A stretch of 63,967 bases of DNA, filler included, from Hausera hauseri (GCA_046269625.1; 10 parts of 10 records of this genome joined end to end with filler, not necessarily neighbours in it), one strand, 5' to 3'; numbered from the whole stretch's first letter, positions 1-12,845 are shown. Numbers and translations are program-made. The notes: generated by a model not told the origin, from the letters alone.

Positions 1-1143
1 CAAAGCCGAATTAAATTTCTTCTCTGAAAAGAAAATTATCCATTTGTTTAAAGGGAGTTTGTTTATTTTCTTATTATTATTATTTTTTTCTCTCTATCTT
101 TCTCGTTCTCTCGCTCTTTCCCACTTTCTCTCTTTGACGGAATAAAGTACAACAAATAAGCCGTTGTTGAGGTGATAAATTTGATATTTTATTGCTCTTA
201 ATAAGCAAATCAAGTTGTACCGCAAGATTTTAATTTGTAAATTATTATTGACCTAAGATAATTGAATACAAAAATATTAATTACTAACAGATTAATAAGA
301 CCTACAGATAGATGCGGAAGAGTGGGAGGGGAGTGAGGATGAGTGGAGTGTGGGGATACATTGTGTTCTATACTTTTTTTTTTTTTTCTCCCACTTTAAT
401 ATTTATACTGTATTATTTTATTTATAGTCCATGTCTGCACAATGTATTGGATGAGTGCACTGACGATTTTGTTTTAGAATTATTTAGTGCGTTTTCCTTA
501 AATGATAAATTTCGCAAATGTCAGATAACAGTTTATTAGTTTACCTCTTGTAATTATTTCAATAATCGACTATCTAATTATTACTAGATACTTATTAATA
601 ATGAATTATTACTGGATGGCCCCCATAGTGTAATCGTTGTGACACACCACTAATAATGTGGTAGCAGTGTAATGATTGTTATTGACCATTGTCGGGATCG
701 TCTAGGTAAATGGTAACTTGTCTGAGCAGTGAAATCATTATTTCTTTTCCATCATTATTATTATTGTTACTGCATACATGTGTATATGCATATGTATATA
801 TATTTTTTTCTTTAATTTTTTTTTCTCCCACTGAATTACAAATGTTCTTAAAATTTGGTTTCTTTGTTTTTGTAATGTCTGTATGTTGTTGTTGTTTTTT
901 TTTTTTTCAGCATATCTAAATACGATTTTTTTTAACGCCATACTTAGTTATTACTATTATTTATTTTTATTTATATATATATTATTTAAAACCTATTATT
1001 TATATAAATTTTAATTATTTGTGGGGCCTCCATTGTGCTATACAGCGTTATGGTGTTTACTTTTGATAAGAGTGTATTTTGTTTTATTTCTTTATTAGTA
1101 TACATAATATGTTATGTTTATAGTTATAGAGTGCTTGCAATGA

Positions 1144-4134
1144 GTGAATGTGGGAACGTATATATTGTTTCTGTTGTTGTATATCTACAGGCTACTCTTT
1201 TCGGTGGTCCGCAGCTTCTGTTTACTTTACAGAAATATGAGCATGGCTGATGATAAGATTCATTCGGGGAGCCTTACTAGTGATGGCTCTGACATTGTAG
1301 ATGATCAATGCCTAGCACGCGTCTCGAATGCATTCCCTCAATCTTTAAAAGTAGCACACATAAATGCGCAGTCACTGCCAGCTCATTATGATGAGTTTTA
1401 TGACATTTTTGTAAACTCAAAATTTGACATTATTTGTATTTCAGAAACTTGGCTGAAACCCTCTTTAAATTCGACTATTTACAGTCTGCCTGGCTATGCA
1501 CTACTTCGTACGGATCGTGTTGCAAAGGGTGGCGGGGGCGTAGCGGTATATATAAGAACCGAGCTAACAGCTGTCAAGCTCACTGAGCATGTAGCCTTGG
1601 ACAGGCCCGAATTTATGTTTTTGGAAATAAAATGTTTCCATGAAAAAATTTTACTTGGCGTCTGTTACCGCCCGCCAAAAATTGGTTTCATGTCTCTTTT
1701 TGAGAATGCTTTGCTGGAGCTTCTTCCCGGTTACGGGCATGTTCTGATTCTTGGGGATTTCAACACAGATTTACTTTCCAACAGAGATTCTTATGACCGG
1801 AATTATCTACAGGATATGTGTAATTCGTGCAATCTGACAATTTTACCCTTAAAAGCAACACACCACACAAAGGATTCGCACACTCTGATTGATCTAATTA
1901 TGACTGGCGACCCTGATTTAGTGGCAGCCACTGGTCAATTTCCTGTGCCTGGAATATCAGCACACGATCTGATTTATGTTGCCTACAATCTACAAGTACC
2001 AAAATATCAACCTAAGATCATAACTATTCGCAACTTTAAGAAAATAAATTTAAAGAAACTATTCTCGGATGCAGCTAAAGAACCCTGGTCTTGTGTTGAG
2101 TCAATGAGTTCTATTGATGACATGGTTTCAACCATCACAGGCATGATCCTAAAACTCTATGACAAACATGCACCCGGTATTAGTATTCCTGTAAATAGGC
2201 CTCCATGTCCCTGGATCACACAGGAAATTCGGCTACTGATGCGTCAGCGCGATTCCTTACGCCGACGTTTTATAAAAACAAGAAATGAATCTCTGAGAAG
2301 GCAATATTGTACTATGCGAAATAGGGTCAATCAGAGTTTGCGTAATTCCAAGCTCAGATATTCCCATCAGGTACTTAACAATGCTAGAAGCCCTGGTCAG
2401 CTGTGGAATGCGTTGAAGGGTATGGGTATCTGTCCAGCGAAACCTAAACTACCTAACCCTATACTTCCTCTTGATGAAATTAATAAACATTTTTTGAGTG
2501 TAGCTAATAATTCAACCCACATATCCATGGTTTCCTCAGTCCAACGACCGCCAGATACTCAATTTTACTTTTCCCATGTCCATCCGTTGCAAGTCAGAAA
2601 GGCAATCATGCGGATAGCAACAAACTCTAAGGGGCCTGATGACATACCAGTTAAAATGATAAAGACCATAATTGATTACATATTGCTGGCAGTTACTCAT
2701 ATTTTCAATGCTTCTTTACAATCCTCTCTTTTTCCATTGGAATGGAAATCTAGCTTAGTTATTCCATTACCAAAAACAAGTTCTCCCTCTAGCCTAACAG
2801 ACTATAGACCAATAAGCCTGTTATGTTGCCTGTCAAAAGCACTCGAACGCATTGTACATGGACAACTCACCCTTTACTTTTCAAATATGAAGATTTTAGA
2901 CTCTCTACAATCCGGCTTTAAACCAGGACATAGTACTACTACGGCACTGTTACGAGTAACTGACGATATCAGATTAGCAATGGACCAACGAAAGTTTACT
3001 GTACTTACTCTATTTGACTTCTCAAAAGCTTTTGATTGTGTTAATCTTGACTTGCTATTATCAAAATTGCATAATCTTGGCTTGTCTGACAGCGCACTGA
3101 AGTGGTTTCATTCATACTTGTTGGGAAGGAGGCAGTGTGTCACTTTTGAACAGAGCCGGTCGCCTTGGAAACCGGTTCTCTCTGGAGTGCCACAGGGATC
3201 AGTGCTTGGACCACTTTTGTTCTCTGTTTACATTAATGATATGACTAATGTACTTGAAAAATGTAATTACCACCTGTATGCTGACGATTTACAAATTTAC
3301 TTGCACTTCAACCCAGTGGATATAGACACCGCTATTAATAATATGAATAATGACGTACAGAACATAGTAAATTGGGCTTCTTCAAACGGACTGAAACTTA
3401 ACCCGACCAAGACACAGCCTTTAATTATAGGATATACAAAACTAAAAACGAGACTTAATTTTCACCTTGACCGAGTCCCTTCAATTGTTGTGGATAATGT
3501 TCCTATTCCCTATTGTACATTAGCGAGGGATTTAGGGTTAATCTTAAATGATACACTCACGTGGAATGACCAGGTGACTTATACGTGTAACAGGGTCTTC
3601 GCAGCTATACATTCCCTCAAGCGCTCCTCCTTCCTGTTACCTCCTTCTATTAAGGCCAGACTTATCAGGGCTCTGGTGTTCCCGTATTTCGAGTATTGCT
3701 GTCCTGTCTATGATGACATGACAGTGGTGTTGGCGGAGAGGCTCCAGCGAGCACAGAATTACTGTGTCAGGTATGTGTTGGGATTGAAAAGGGATGAACA
3801 CATCACTCCAGCATATAATCAGTTGGGCTGGCCAAAATTAAATGCAATCCGAAGACAAAGGATAATTCAACATGTTTTTAGAGCCCTGCGAACAGGTTGC
3901 CCGCCATACCTGGCACAGTGTTTTTCTTTTATGGATACAACCGGGAGTCGAACGACGCGTGCGGGTGGGTCCACATTGCGAGTTCCTATCCATAGGACCG
4001 CCATGTACAACCGGTCTTTTTGTGTTGTTGGTTGCCGTTACTGGAATCAGCTCCCCGAACATATAAGGAATGAATTGGATATTAAAAAATTCATTAAACT
4101 AGTGAAGCGGTGGATTCTTGGGTTGGGGGTCTGA
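1144..4134 (+). CDS. Intact APE-endonuclease + reverse transcriptase ORF of a CR1/L2-group non-LTR retrotransposon (likely start ATG 1237 or 1243)
   Basis: 996-aa open frame. EN motifs: HINAQSL, ISETWL, GGGVAVY, GDFN, SAHDLI. RT motifs: YRPISLL, QSGF, DFSKAFD, GVPQGSVLGPLLF, YADDLQIY, RDLG. Confidence 0.95.
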   Translation: MNVGTYILFLLLYIYRLLFSVVRSFCLLYRNMSMADDKIHSGSLTSDGSDIVDDQCLARVSNAFPQSLKVAHINAQSLPAHYDEFYDIFVNSKFDIICISETWLKPSLNSTIYSLPGYALLRTDRVAKGGGGVAVYIRTELTAVKLTEHVALDRPEFMFLEIKCFHEKILLGVCYRPPKIGFMSLFENALLELLPGYGHVLILGDFNTDLLSNRDSYDRNYLQDMCNSCNLTILPLKATHHTKDSHTLIDLIMTGDPDLVAATGQFPVPGISAHDLIYVAYNLQVPKYQPKIITIRNFKKINLKKLFSDAAKEPWSCVESMSSIDDMVSTITGMILKLYDKHAPGISIPVNRPPCPWITQEIRLLMRQRDSLRRRFIKTRNESLRRQYCTMRNRVNQSLRNSKLRYSHQVLNNARSPGQLWNALKGMGICPAKPKLPNPILPLDEINKHFLSVANNSTHISMVSSVQRPPDTQFYFSHVHPLQVRKAIMRIATNSKGPDDIPVKMIKTIIDYILLAVTHIFNASLQSSLFPLEWKSSLVIPLPKTSSPSSLTDYRPISLLCCLSKALERIVHGQLTLYFSNMKILDSLQSGFKPGHSTTTALLRVTDDIRLAMDQRKFTVLTLFDFSKAFDCVNLDLLLSKLHNLGLSDSALKWFHSYLLGRRQCVTFEQSRSPWKPVLSGVPQGSVLGPLLFSVYINDMTNVLEKCNYHLYADDLQIYLHFNPVDIDTAINNMNNDVQNIVNWASSNGLKLNPTKTQPLIIGYTKLKTRLNFHLDRVPSIVVDNVPIPYCTLARDLGLILNDTLTWNDQVTYTCNRVFAAIHSLKRSSFLLPPSIKARLIRALVFPYFEYCCPVYDDMTVVLAERLQRAQNYCVRYVLGLKRDEHITPAYNQLGWPKLNAIRRQRIIQHVFRALRTGCPPYLAQCFSFMDTTGSRTTRAGGSTLRVPIHRTAMYNRSFCVVGCRYWNQLPEHIRNELDIKKFIKLVKRWILGLGV

Positions 4135-4189
4135 GTGGTTGTCACTGATTTTTTCTTTCCTCTCTCTATGAAATAATATGTACGTTTGG

Positions 4190-4226
4190 GTGAATGTTTG
4201 TGAATGAATGAATGAATGAATGAATG
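4190..4226 (+). repeat. (TGAA)n microsatellite, probable 3' tail of the LINE
   Basis: gtgaatgtttgtgaatgaatgaatgaatgaatgaatg lies about 55 bp after the ORF stop. L2-type elements are known to end in such short tandem repeats. Confidence 0.6.
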
Positions 4227-5238
4227 TCATTATGTTTTTTTCATTTTTTTTACTATTACATTTATATATATTATATATGTTTTTAAGTGTGCGTGTCAGT
4301 TAAATGTGTTTACGGAGCGGGTTTGTTCTTTTTAAATGCTTTCAGGCAGAGGGAGGACATCTAAAAGCAAACATATTAAATCAAACTCTGGCAGGCCATC
4401 TATGCAGCTTAGCCAGAAGCTATAAAAAAAGACAAAAATAGTTCCTCCGCCTTTGCCTCGTACCCCTAAAGCTCCTCACAGAGCTATTCTTAGCAGCTGC
4501 TCTGGTCAGCCTGGCTGGATGTTGAAATCTGACCCGGTTGTCTTTTGTCTGCTTCTCTTGCTCAGACTGGATAAGTATCAAAAGGTCATTGAAAATGGTT
4601 TAGTGGGTTGTTAGTTTAGTTTAGTTGTAACATCAACATCTTTGCACGTGGATACATAGCCATAAGTTCTCTGCTCTTCTCCATTCTGGAAGATCTCAAC
4701 TCAGTGCATGTACTCCATCGTATTGATGAGGAGCCAATAGGCTGGACAGGTTTTTTTCAGGCAATGGCCATTAGACCCACTCTTTTTCAATTTCCAAATG
4801 CCAAAGGATTGTTAACATGCACCGCAATGTACACAGACGTCCGATCTCACTACCCAAAGATCTCACTACCCAAAGAACAGAGGTATTTTGTATTAGAAAA
4901 TTTAGGAGAATAATCAATCTTAATTGATTTCAATGGGAATTGAATTCCATACCTACCTCTTGTACTTAAGGCTGACAATTTGCCTCAAAACTACTGAGTC
5001 CCCAGTCTGGTACTCACAATAAACCAAACTTTCTAACTATTCTTCTTTTGAAAGAACTCTTCAATTCACCTGTTTACAAAAATCTGTTTATCCCCAAAAT
5101 CTGTTTTATGTTGCTGTCATCAGGAAGTTGTGGATAATAATGTATGTACTTATCTACCAATAATAGCTTAACATTGTATTATAATAATCACTTATCTTAT
5201 TCACACTCCAAGACAACAGATACACAATCACATCTCAC

Positions 5239-5481
5239 CTTTGCCAGAGAGTTCTCCAGGTCTTCAATATCCTCCTTGAGGGTCTTGTTTTCAGCCTCCA
5301 GCTTCTTTTTCTTTTCCTCCAGCTCAGCAGCAGCATCCTCTTCATCAAGAAGCCTCTCCTCCATTTCTTTGATCTGGGCCTCATATTCAACCTTTTGTGA
5401 GATGAGTTTTTCAATCTTCTCCTCAGCATCGATCAGGTTGTCCTGTTCAGCCTGCAGCTGAATGTAGAGGTCATTCTTGGC
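5239..5481 (-). CDS. Mhc: Internal exon of a striated-muscle-type myosin II heavy chain (coiled-coil rod), invertebrate-like
   Basis: 243-bp phase 0-0 exon bounded by ttttccag| and |gtgaga. Translates to [30 protein letters not shown]...EERLLDEED...EDLENSLAK. Confidence 0.9.
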
Positions 5482-5653
5482 CTGGAAAATGTAAGTTTGC
5501 ATCCTGCTCAAATGGCAACAAGCTCATGAAAGGAAATGTATAACATGAGAAATATTAGAGGTAGTCTAAGGTGAGGCGAGAGCTTCTTCTGGCAACCCAT
5601 GTTGGCCTGCTCACAGACTTAACCCCACCTCCTGTGATGGCTCCTGTGCAATG

Positions 5654-5753
5654 NNNNNNNNNNNNNNNNNNNNNNNNNNNNNNNNNNNNNNNNNNNNTTA
5701 ATTAATTAANNNNNNNNNNNNNNNNNNNNNNNNNNNNNNNNNNNNNNNNNNNN
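5654..5753. other. Artificial contig linker N44-TTAATTAATTAA-N44; also at 12208-12307, 18716-18815, 28435-28534, 34155-34254, 39573-39672, 49120-49219, 54671-54770 and 59445-59544
   Basis: The same 100-bp spacer occurs nine times and its core places stop codons in all six frames. Confidence 0.98.
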
Positions 5754-6399
5754 GATCTAAATCGCGACTGAGATTAACGTTGATCCAAAGAAGGATATTC
5801 TCCTTCTCATTAATTTGGTTTCAGATTGCGTTCTAAAGACCACATATCCGAGAGACATAGGCAATCTCATATTATCAACTTATGTTTCTTAATCATATTA
5901 CTAAAACGAATCCTTAGATTCGCCTAAATTAGCCATTATTGGACTGATCAACATCGTGCAGAACAACGAGCTAAATGTTTTAGTAATAACCTTTGATCTC
6001 ATAAATCAGATAATAGTAATACTCAAGATTGCTCTTAAAATTCCAGTACAAGAAAAATGGAAAAGTTACTGACAGAGATACTATAAGTAGAGCTGCAAGG
6101 ATTAAATAATAACAATAGAATGTTGATCAAGTGATGAATTTGCATTGAAAAATTTCGCTTATAAGTGAATATGCAGTAATGATAGGATATTGTAATCCAA
6201 AATTGAACTTGCAATCTATAGGCACAGGATGGCTTTGACCACCGTACCGCCGGAACGCAACCTTCAGAATATTACCGTAATAAGTGTTTATATGTTGGTA
6301 GTGTATCCAAGGATTGGTTTATCCCCACAACCCATGGAAGGTTATGCGTAAGTGTTCTGATACATTATAAATTTATACGAGTACCCATAAAAAACCACC

Positions 6400-7050
6400 A
6401 ACTTGAGTAATCTGTCTTTGTTGCACACCAGTAAGTCCGGGATGAGGTTAACAGTGGTCCATCGTGGACTTTCTTCTCGAATCAATTATATGCCTTTCTC
6501 CAGCAAGACATCTGTCAGTACATTCAGGATGTTATCATATCAGGTTATAAATATAGCCATTTTGCGGTCTCAGTGATTGAGTGTGTGCACCTGTTCCTCC
6601 GGTTCTTCTAAACACTGTCTGCAATTCTGATTTAATCGGAAGTAGCAGTTGTTTAGTGGCAGTAAGTTGTTTGCACTTTTTTCGTTTTTCGGTGGGTTTT
6701 ACCGTTCTTCATATTTGTGGGTAATATTTTGCAGCATTGTCCATCATTTCGATTGTCAATGATGCATTGCAGTCCCGGTATGGGTATCATTATTATGACG
6801 TTGGTTTTCGCGTTAGTTTTGAAGGTGATTTTGGTTTTGATTTCCTTGAAGTGCATAACTGAACGTCTGACTTTGTTGCACTATGTTGCTTCTTGGTTCG
6901 ATGTTGGATTGGCTGCATGCCTGAGCCATCTGAGTGCGTCTTCGAAGTCTGAGTTTGTTAAGAATCGGCTTTGTGTTATCTTGGTGGCATGTGTACTGGC
7001 GATGTTTCGATTAGTGAGTCTTTACTGTGCTAGATGGATGTGTCATGCCC
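6400..7050 (-). mobile_element. Decayed 3' fragment of a restriction-like-endonuclease non-LTR retrotransposon (R2/R4/NeSL group)
   Basis: Manual translation gives CRQCLEEPEEQVHTLNH*...IT*YDNIL...IREESPRW...LIPDLLV. This is the CCHC knuckle, RH(D/N) and PD motif order of RLE elements, with stops. Confidence 0.7.
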
Positions 7051-7891
7051 AGAACAAAGGCAGCATGTCAGCACGCATGTGAATACACAACAAAAGCAGG
7101 AGATACAAGCTTAGACAAGTAGGCACACTGACAGCCTTTTGATGTTGGCATGACATACAATGTTGTATGTTCACGATTAGAACAACATAATTTAAAATGG
7201 CTATAGCATGCTTTTCTATGTTTGAAACCATGCAAACTGTTGGCCGCGTTCGCATCCAAGCGGTCCACCTCGTCGCCCAGCTTGGGTATGGTTGGAAAAC
7301 CCCCGCCCCTTGGTCTGTTCGCTAAATCAGAATTTGATCGTTTGCAATTACTCATTGAAAAGTAAACACCAGTAGAAATTTTTATTATAATCCAAAATAT
7401 TTATTTTGAAACAAATTTTCCAAATTCAAATCATATTTTCATTAAAAATTTAATTAAGTCATTTTAATTAAATTTTTTAATTAATTCCAAATTAAAATCT
7501 TAATTTAAATTTAAAAATGTTTCTGATTTAAATTTAGAACTTCTGTTCTCAATTATATTCTCACGATCTTCATTATTGGAACGAATTGATTTATTTAATC
7601 AATTGATTCATCTCACCAATGAAGATTTACAATTACTCTGTCATCTCTGTTAATTGACTGCGGTGATAAGGACGACGTTTTCAACTTCATAGTTAAGTTT
7701 CGGGATAGTGAATTTGCGTAGACAAGTGGTTTGTTTACTTCCACAACTAGAAGGGATCCTTGAATTCTTTGTGGTTATATTTTGTTTTACTCTCTGATAG
7801 CTTTACACTGTTGATACTTAATCGTTCTCTCGTTTTAACGCAACCAAAACGGAGACGTTGGAGAAGACCATTCATAAGTTTCGAATATGGA

Positions 7892-8183
7892 TTCTTTATC
7901 TAAGATGACAAATTTTGTGTCATATAGTTATATGGTGGGGAAAAATCATCTCACCGATCCGACAGCCTCAACCAATGCAACCACATTCTGGGTACTACAT
8001 CACCCCCCGTGGCAATATGAAGACTATAAATGGGAAAAAATAAACGCAGATCATAGTAGGAAAAGACAGCTTGTACCTGTAGTGCCTAAAGTGGTGTCGC
8101 ACTGGAGGGGTTAACGGATCGGTGAGAGGACCCTTCCTACCATGTGACTATACGACACAAAAGTTATCATCTTAGGCAAAGAA
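7892..8183. mobile_element. Foldback/MITE-like element with ~105-bp imperfect inverted arms
   Basis: 7892-7961 (ttctttatctaagatgacaaattttgtgtc...tctcaccgatccg) is the near reverse complement of 8115-8183. Weaker complementarity continues inward to 7999/8078. Confidence 0.85.
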
Positions 8184-8276
8184 AAACATTCTTAGAAACT
8201 TTATCCGATATAATGTAGTTGTCCACAAAAAATTTTTACCAAAAGTTATTGGCTACTGTAAATATTCCAATGAAGT

Positions 8277-8819
8277 TGGGAAGCTGTGCTTAAGGCCCTG
8301 TATTCCTATAGTTCTGATGCCTGATTTTTCGATGTAGTGCTCTGGGAAACACTATCTGAATGTCGGTATAAACCATTTTACGCAGTACTCCAGTCACCAA
8401 ATAAATTTGAAAATTCCGATAATTCCATGAAATGTTTATCTATCGTTTATAACCAAATTTGTTTGTCACATTACTTCGAAACCGCTTCATTACGCAACAA
8501 TGAGTCTCTTGCTCAGGTTCTCAAGGATGTTTTATGGACCGCACCTTTGCTTCTCCCCATTCCATCTACATTAGTTGGTTCGTCACCAGATCGCCCTTAC
8601 GCCGTTACATTAACCCCGCGATATACCACGAATTTTAGCTCTCGAACAGCGACCGGATCTTTGTTGTGTAGCGATCGAGAAATCCGTGTTCTCATTGGTT
8701 TCTGCTGGGCAATTAACCCAGCTGATCGACCGACCTTTAAAGATATCAGCACGCTTCTCAAGCAAAAATCACTGGATTTAATCCAGACCAAGAATATCGA
8801 ATTATTCAGTTGGGATTGA
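8277..8819 (+). pseudogene. Tyrosine kinase C-lobe fragment, DDR-like
   Basis: WEAVLKALYSYSSDA*FFDVVLWETLSECRYKPF ... CWAINPADRPTFKDI matches the SDVWxFG and CWxxxPxxRPxF motifs. There is a stop at the conserved Trp. Confidence 0.75.
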
Positions 8820-9104
8820 AAACCAGAATGAATTCCGACACAACGCGGAGATAGTTCCATAGAGTTGATACGAATTAATGATCAATAAAATATCAGTATC
8901 TCAAACGGTGTACATAGATTTCTACGATTATCGAAAGAAACACTTTATATTCAAAATTTATTCTTTATTGTTTTTATTGTTAAGCATATTCTCGTGGTTA
9001 TGTCGTTTTATGGTTAAACTTGTGGCGAAATTGATTAATGATATTTTTTAAGATTTGAATTTGCAGATAGATTGAAATAAATTGTAATTGTACAAACTTA
9101 TCGT

Positions 9105-11402
9105 TTGGACTTAGCTTCTTCTACAATTGAATCTTTTTCTACAATTGGTGTCAGAAACTATACGTCGACGTCCATGGATATAACAGACATGCTGAACATT
9201 AATCGATTTGTTAGTCTGTATGATGCACATTATTCAAGTATTCACAGCTGTATGATGGAAATAAATCATTCTCAAATGAAAGAGGAAGCCAGTATTACCA
9301 AAACAACATTACCAAACAATATTGAAGATGCAAATGATGCTAATGTTAGCCTGGAACTTAAAATAACGTTACGATCAGTAATTGAAACAAGTTCCATCCA
9401 GTCATTCACTCACGGCGAACTTGCAATGGAGACTAAAAATCCATCGTTGATGATACATTGTGGACTTGTGATCAACACATTCCAACGTCCATTCAAAACA
9501 AAACTGGCGAGAGCGATGCTCACAGAAACATTCCAAACAACATTATTCTCCAAAATGTTTTCCATTATTGTAAACCCCACGATCAATTGTTTTTGATTCT
9601 AATATGCGGAAAAGCACAAGTCGTCACCAGACCAAAGTGAACTAATGATTGACAATTCTCAGATCAAAATATCTTCCAATACACTGTCTTCCAATTCTTT
9701 GTTTCAAAACCTACAAGTAAAGAATTGTTGAAACTGCTTGTTCCGCTGATTAAATGTGAAGTTTCCGATATAAGCGAGAGTGTTATTGAGGCTGTTGGGC
9801 ATTTTAATCCTTTATCTCTAAGAGATTTGATTGATGAACTTGGCATATTTATTCGAGAGTCTGTAGATAAAAAACAAGAAAACGCTAGACGTCGCAAACG
9901 GAAAGACATTTTACGATTTTATCTTGTTAGATTATTGGAGTTGCTAGTATACCATGGAATTTTTGACTACAGTGACGAACAAGCAAGTCAAATTAATACG
10001 GTTATCGATTAGCTTGAGCAATTGAAACATTTTTAACGGACAGTTTAGTTATTGGTGGAACATCGGATACGTCTGTGAAAATTCTCGAAGATACTAGATT
10101 ACGTTTTTGCCGTTTGATTCAGTTTATCATTTTACATGCTCCAAAAGAAAAGCGGCAGCCATTATTTTCCGATATTTTCAAACTTCTTTTGAATTAATTT
10201 CCAATTGGATTACGGTATTTAACAAACCGATAAATAAGCGTAAATGAAAGAACTCTAACGATTGGTATGCGTATAAAATTAGTGATACGTCATTTGAAAT
10301 GACCGAGTTATGCTATGCGGCAATAACAACAATGTGTTCTCTCATGTTGTGGACAGATATTCGATCCATTGTATCTTCAAGAGAATGGATGTGCTTTACC
10401 CGAGATAGTTAATTTAATATATTCGTCTGGTGAAAGACTTGTGGCTGTGTGAAGAAACTGTCTCTTTTGCTGGAGTACAATTCTGAATCCCATGCTGCTT
10501 TGGATGTTATGCTAGATCGGTGCTTTACTGAGTCAAATGATGATGCTAAGATTATTTTCTTAGCCATTGTTAGAACATTTAATAATAATCCGGATTATCC
10601 TTGTGATTACGTGCCCTTTATCATAATTGCTTTATCGTTTACGTCCCATATCGATACTCAAATTCGAAAAAATGCCTTACAACTTCTTCACCTTCTATTT
10701 CACAGATTTTTTATAGATTCGCTAGCTTATTCACAACCAAACAACGATGATCCTTTCAAACATGGTGCATCAAATAACTCACCAATTTCTACAACGAAAT
10801 CAATTTTCTTTTCGAAATGGGAACAAATACCAACATTGAGTCAGGATGAGATATCAAAAGCAATGACCGACATCTTACCAGATTTAACATTGTCCATATT
10901 ATCCGAAATAACTCAGAAAATTCATTGTTCCAATTGTCATATGCACAATTTGTTGCTAAACTGCCTTATTCCGTGGATGTATAATCCTGAATTGATCGAT
11001 TTTCTTTGTTGTCAAAACTGCACAACATCGGTTTCCTTCGAATCATCGAAACCAAAACAGAAACCATATTCGAAACAGGCTACCGAATTAGTTCTTAACA
11101 ACCTCTTTTATTTGACAGTGTAATTCGGATGTGAGTTAAATATAAATTTAGAAATACTCTGGGCCTGTCTTATTAAATATCGAACTGATAATCTACCAGT
11201 TATCATTCACTATGTTATAATGATTACATCTTTAGTTCCAAAGTCTCTCTTGCCATTCGCTAAACAAGTTACTGTATTTCTTGCAAAAGAAAAGCCAAAG
11301 GAGGTTATTGAAAATTCGTTTAATACTTTACAGACAATAGATGGAATAAATTACTCGGTGGAAAAAATGCAAAGCATGCCATCTTTTCGATTACCTTTAT
11401 AG
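9105..11402 (+). pseudogene. fry: furry (FRY/FRYL)-like pseudogene with stops, frameshifts and apparent internal deletions
   Basis: LLKLLVPLIKCEVSDISES...ENARRRKRKDILRFYLVRLLELL and VLNNLFYLTV*FG...LLPFAKQVTVFL resemble FRY segments as I recall them. Assignment of the 5' part (9105-9600) is less sure. Confidence 0.8.
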
Positions 11403-12635
11403 GGAAATAATATTGGGTTGAATTGGTGTTGGGTGAAGCTTTGATCAACATATTTATTGCGAACCAAAAGACGAACAATAAAATATAATTCGACAAAATT
11501 AAGTATACCAAATAACATTGAACAGGGCCAAATTAGTAAGTGTTATTGTCAGAGTCAAAGAAACAAATAAAATACAATTCTAACGTAAGTTTATCTTACA
11601 GAAATTATAATATTCTTTTTCATTCAATATGGATATTGCACAATGATTTGTTTACTTACATTTATGCAAACTGGGCCTATCCAAGATTAAAGAAACGTTC
11701 TTCTTTCGGCCAGGTCGAAGTTTCTCCCGAGCCGATTCCACTTGAAAATGTTTCGCCAAATGATGCTGAATATTGGTGAATAAAACCGATCCATAATGGG
11801 CATAACGATATCTGGAAATATTTTTGTTACCGACATTATTCTGATCACACAGTCGGCACACAAACAAACCGGCGGTTTTATCGTCGTTGTTTTGATAACA
11901 ATTGAAATCTCGATTCATTTGTAATTCACAATTTTTAAATTTATGTTTAGCATGTCGAATTATTTCCTCGTGGAGATCTTTATTGCCTAACGTAGAATTA
12001 ACTAGCATAACATTGTTATATCGATGGATTTTTCGTATTTGTTGCACATTATTCTCAATTAAACTACTGGACTCATTTTGCAGACTAGATTCACCCGAAT
12101 TGCTGTCGTAAACTTTTGGAAGTCGGCTTCTTCTTGACGACTGTTTTAACGACGGTCGATCGGACAACAACGTTTTTTGATTTGGAACAAGATGTTCTAG
12201 CTTTCTANNNNNNNNNNNNNNNNNNNNNNNNNNNNNNNNNNNNNNNNNNNNTTAATTAATTAANNNNNNNNNNNNNNNNNNNNNNNNNNNNNNNNNNNNN
12301 NNNNNNNTTCTATCCAAGTATTATCGATGACAGACGACTCCTGTTAAAAAAGAACGTCCTTTATTGAAACAGAACATTTCTATCCATGGTAATATTTATA
12401 ACCATCTGCCATTACACCCATTGACCCCTATGTGCTCACTCCAATCGTCCCACAACCGACTATTACCGCTACAAAACGTGCAACACCAATTCAAAACGCG
12501 GACGTACTTACCGAATATCTTGCGCGGTCTAAGGGGAAATTCAGAAATCCCGACAGCCAACCTTGCGCCGGTCGGTCGTAGAGCGCCTTCGATGTCGGCC
12601 CCACTTCATACCCCAGGCGCACTACCGTTACTACC

Positions 12636-12845
12636 TACATTTTCCTTTTTTATAACAACAAATACATATATACCCTTTACAAAACACACCCACACATTCT
12701 CACCCTTCAGCTCCGCATTTTGTCTTTAATTGGTTCCTCAGATTTCTATCTCACTCTAAACGGCGCTATCATACACCGTAATAAAACTGTACCTTCCTTT
12801 TCCAATCACGCTTGCTTCAACGTGTATCTCCGTATCCGCGATGGA
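12636..12845 (+). CDS. Ubiquitin-like (SDE2-N-like) leader in frame with gag of copy A
   Basis: Frame open from 12582: YIFLFYNNKYIYTLYKTHPHILTLQLRILSLIGSSDFYLTLNGAIIHRNKTVPSFSNHACFNVYLRIRDG|MNSPPTIDT. Confidence 0.65.

Noticed and set aside
5654-5753. Recurrent TTAATTAATTAA palindrome as a biological repeat
   Set aside because: It is always centred in N runs of fixed length, so it is an assembly linker. Adjacency across linkers has no biological meaning.
7240-7335. GC-rich island with hairpin CCAAGC/GCTTGG and HDV-ribozyme-like words
   Set aside because: I could not build the P1/P2/P3 nested double pseudoknot on either strand.
8300-11130. Alternative genetic code explaining in-frame stops in host-like genes
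   Set aside because: The stops replace different residues and co-occur with frameshifts and truncations. The myosin and plakin exons read normally in the standard code.
12380-12480. Minus-strand VIVGCGTIG Rossmann-like motif
   Set aside because: Too short and flanked by stops to support a call.
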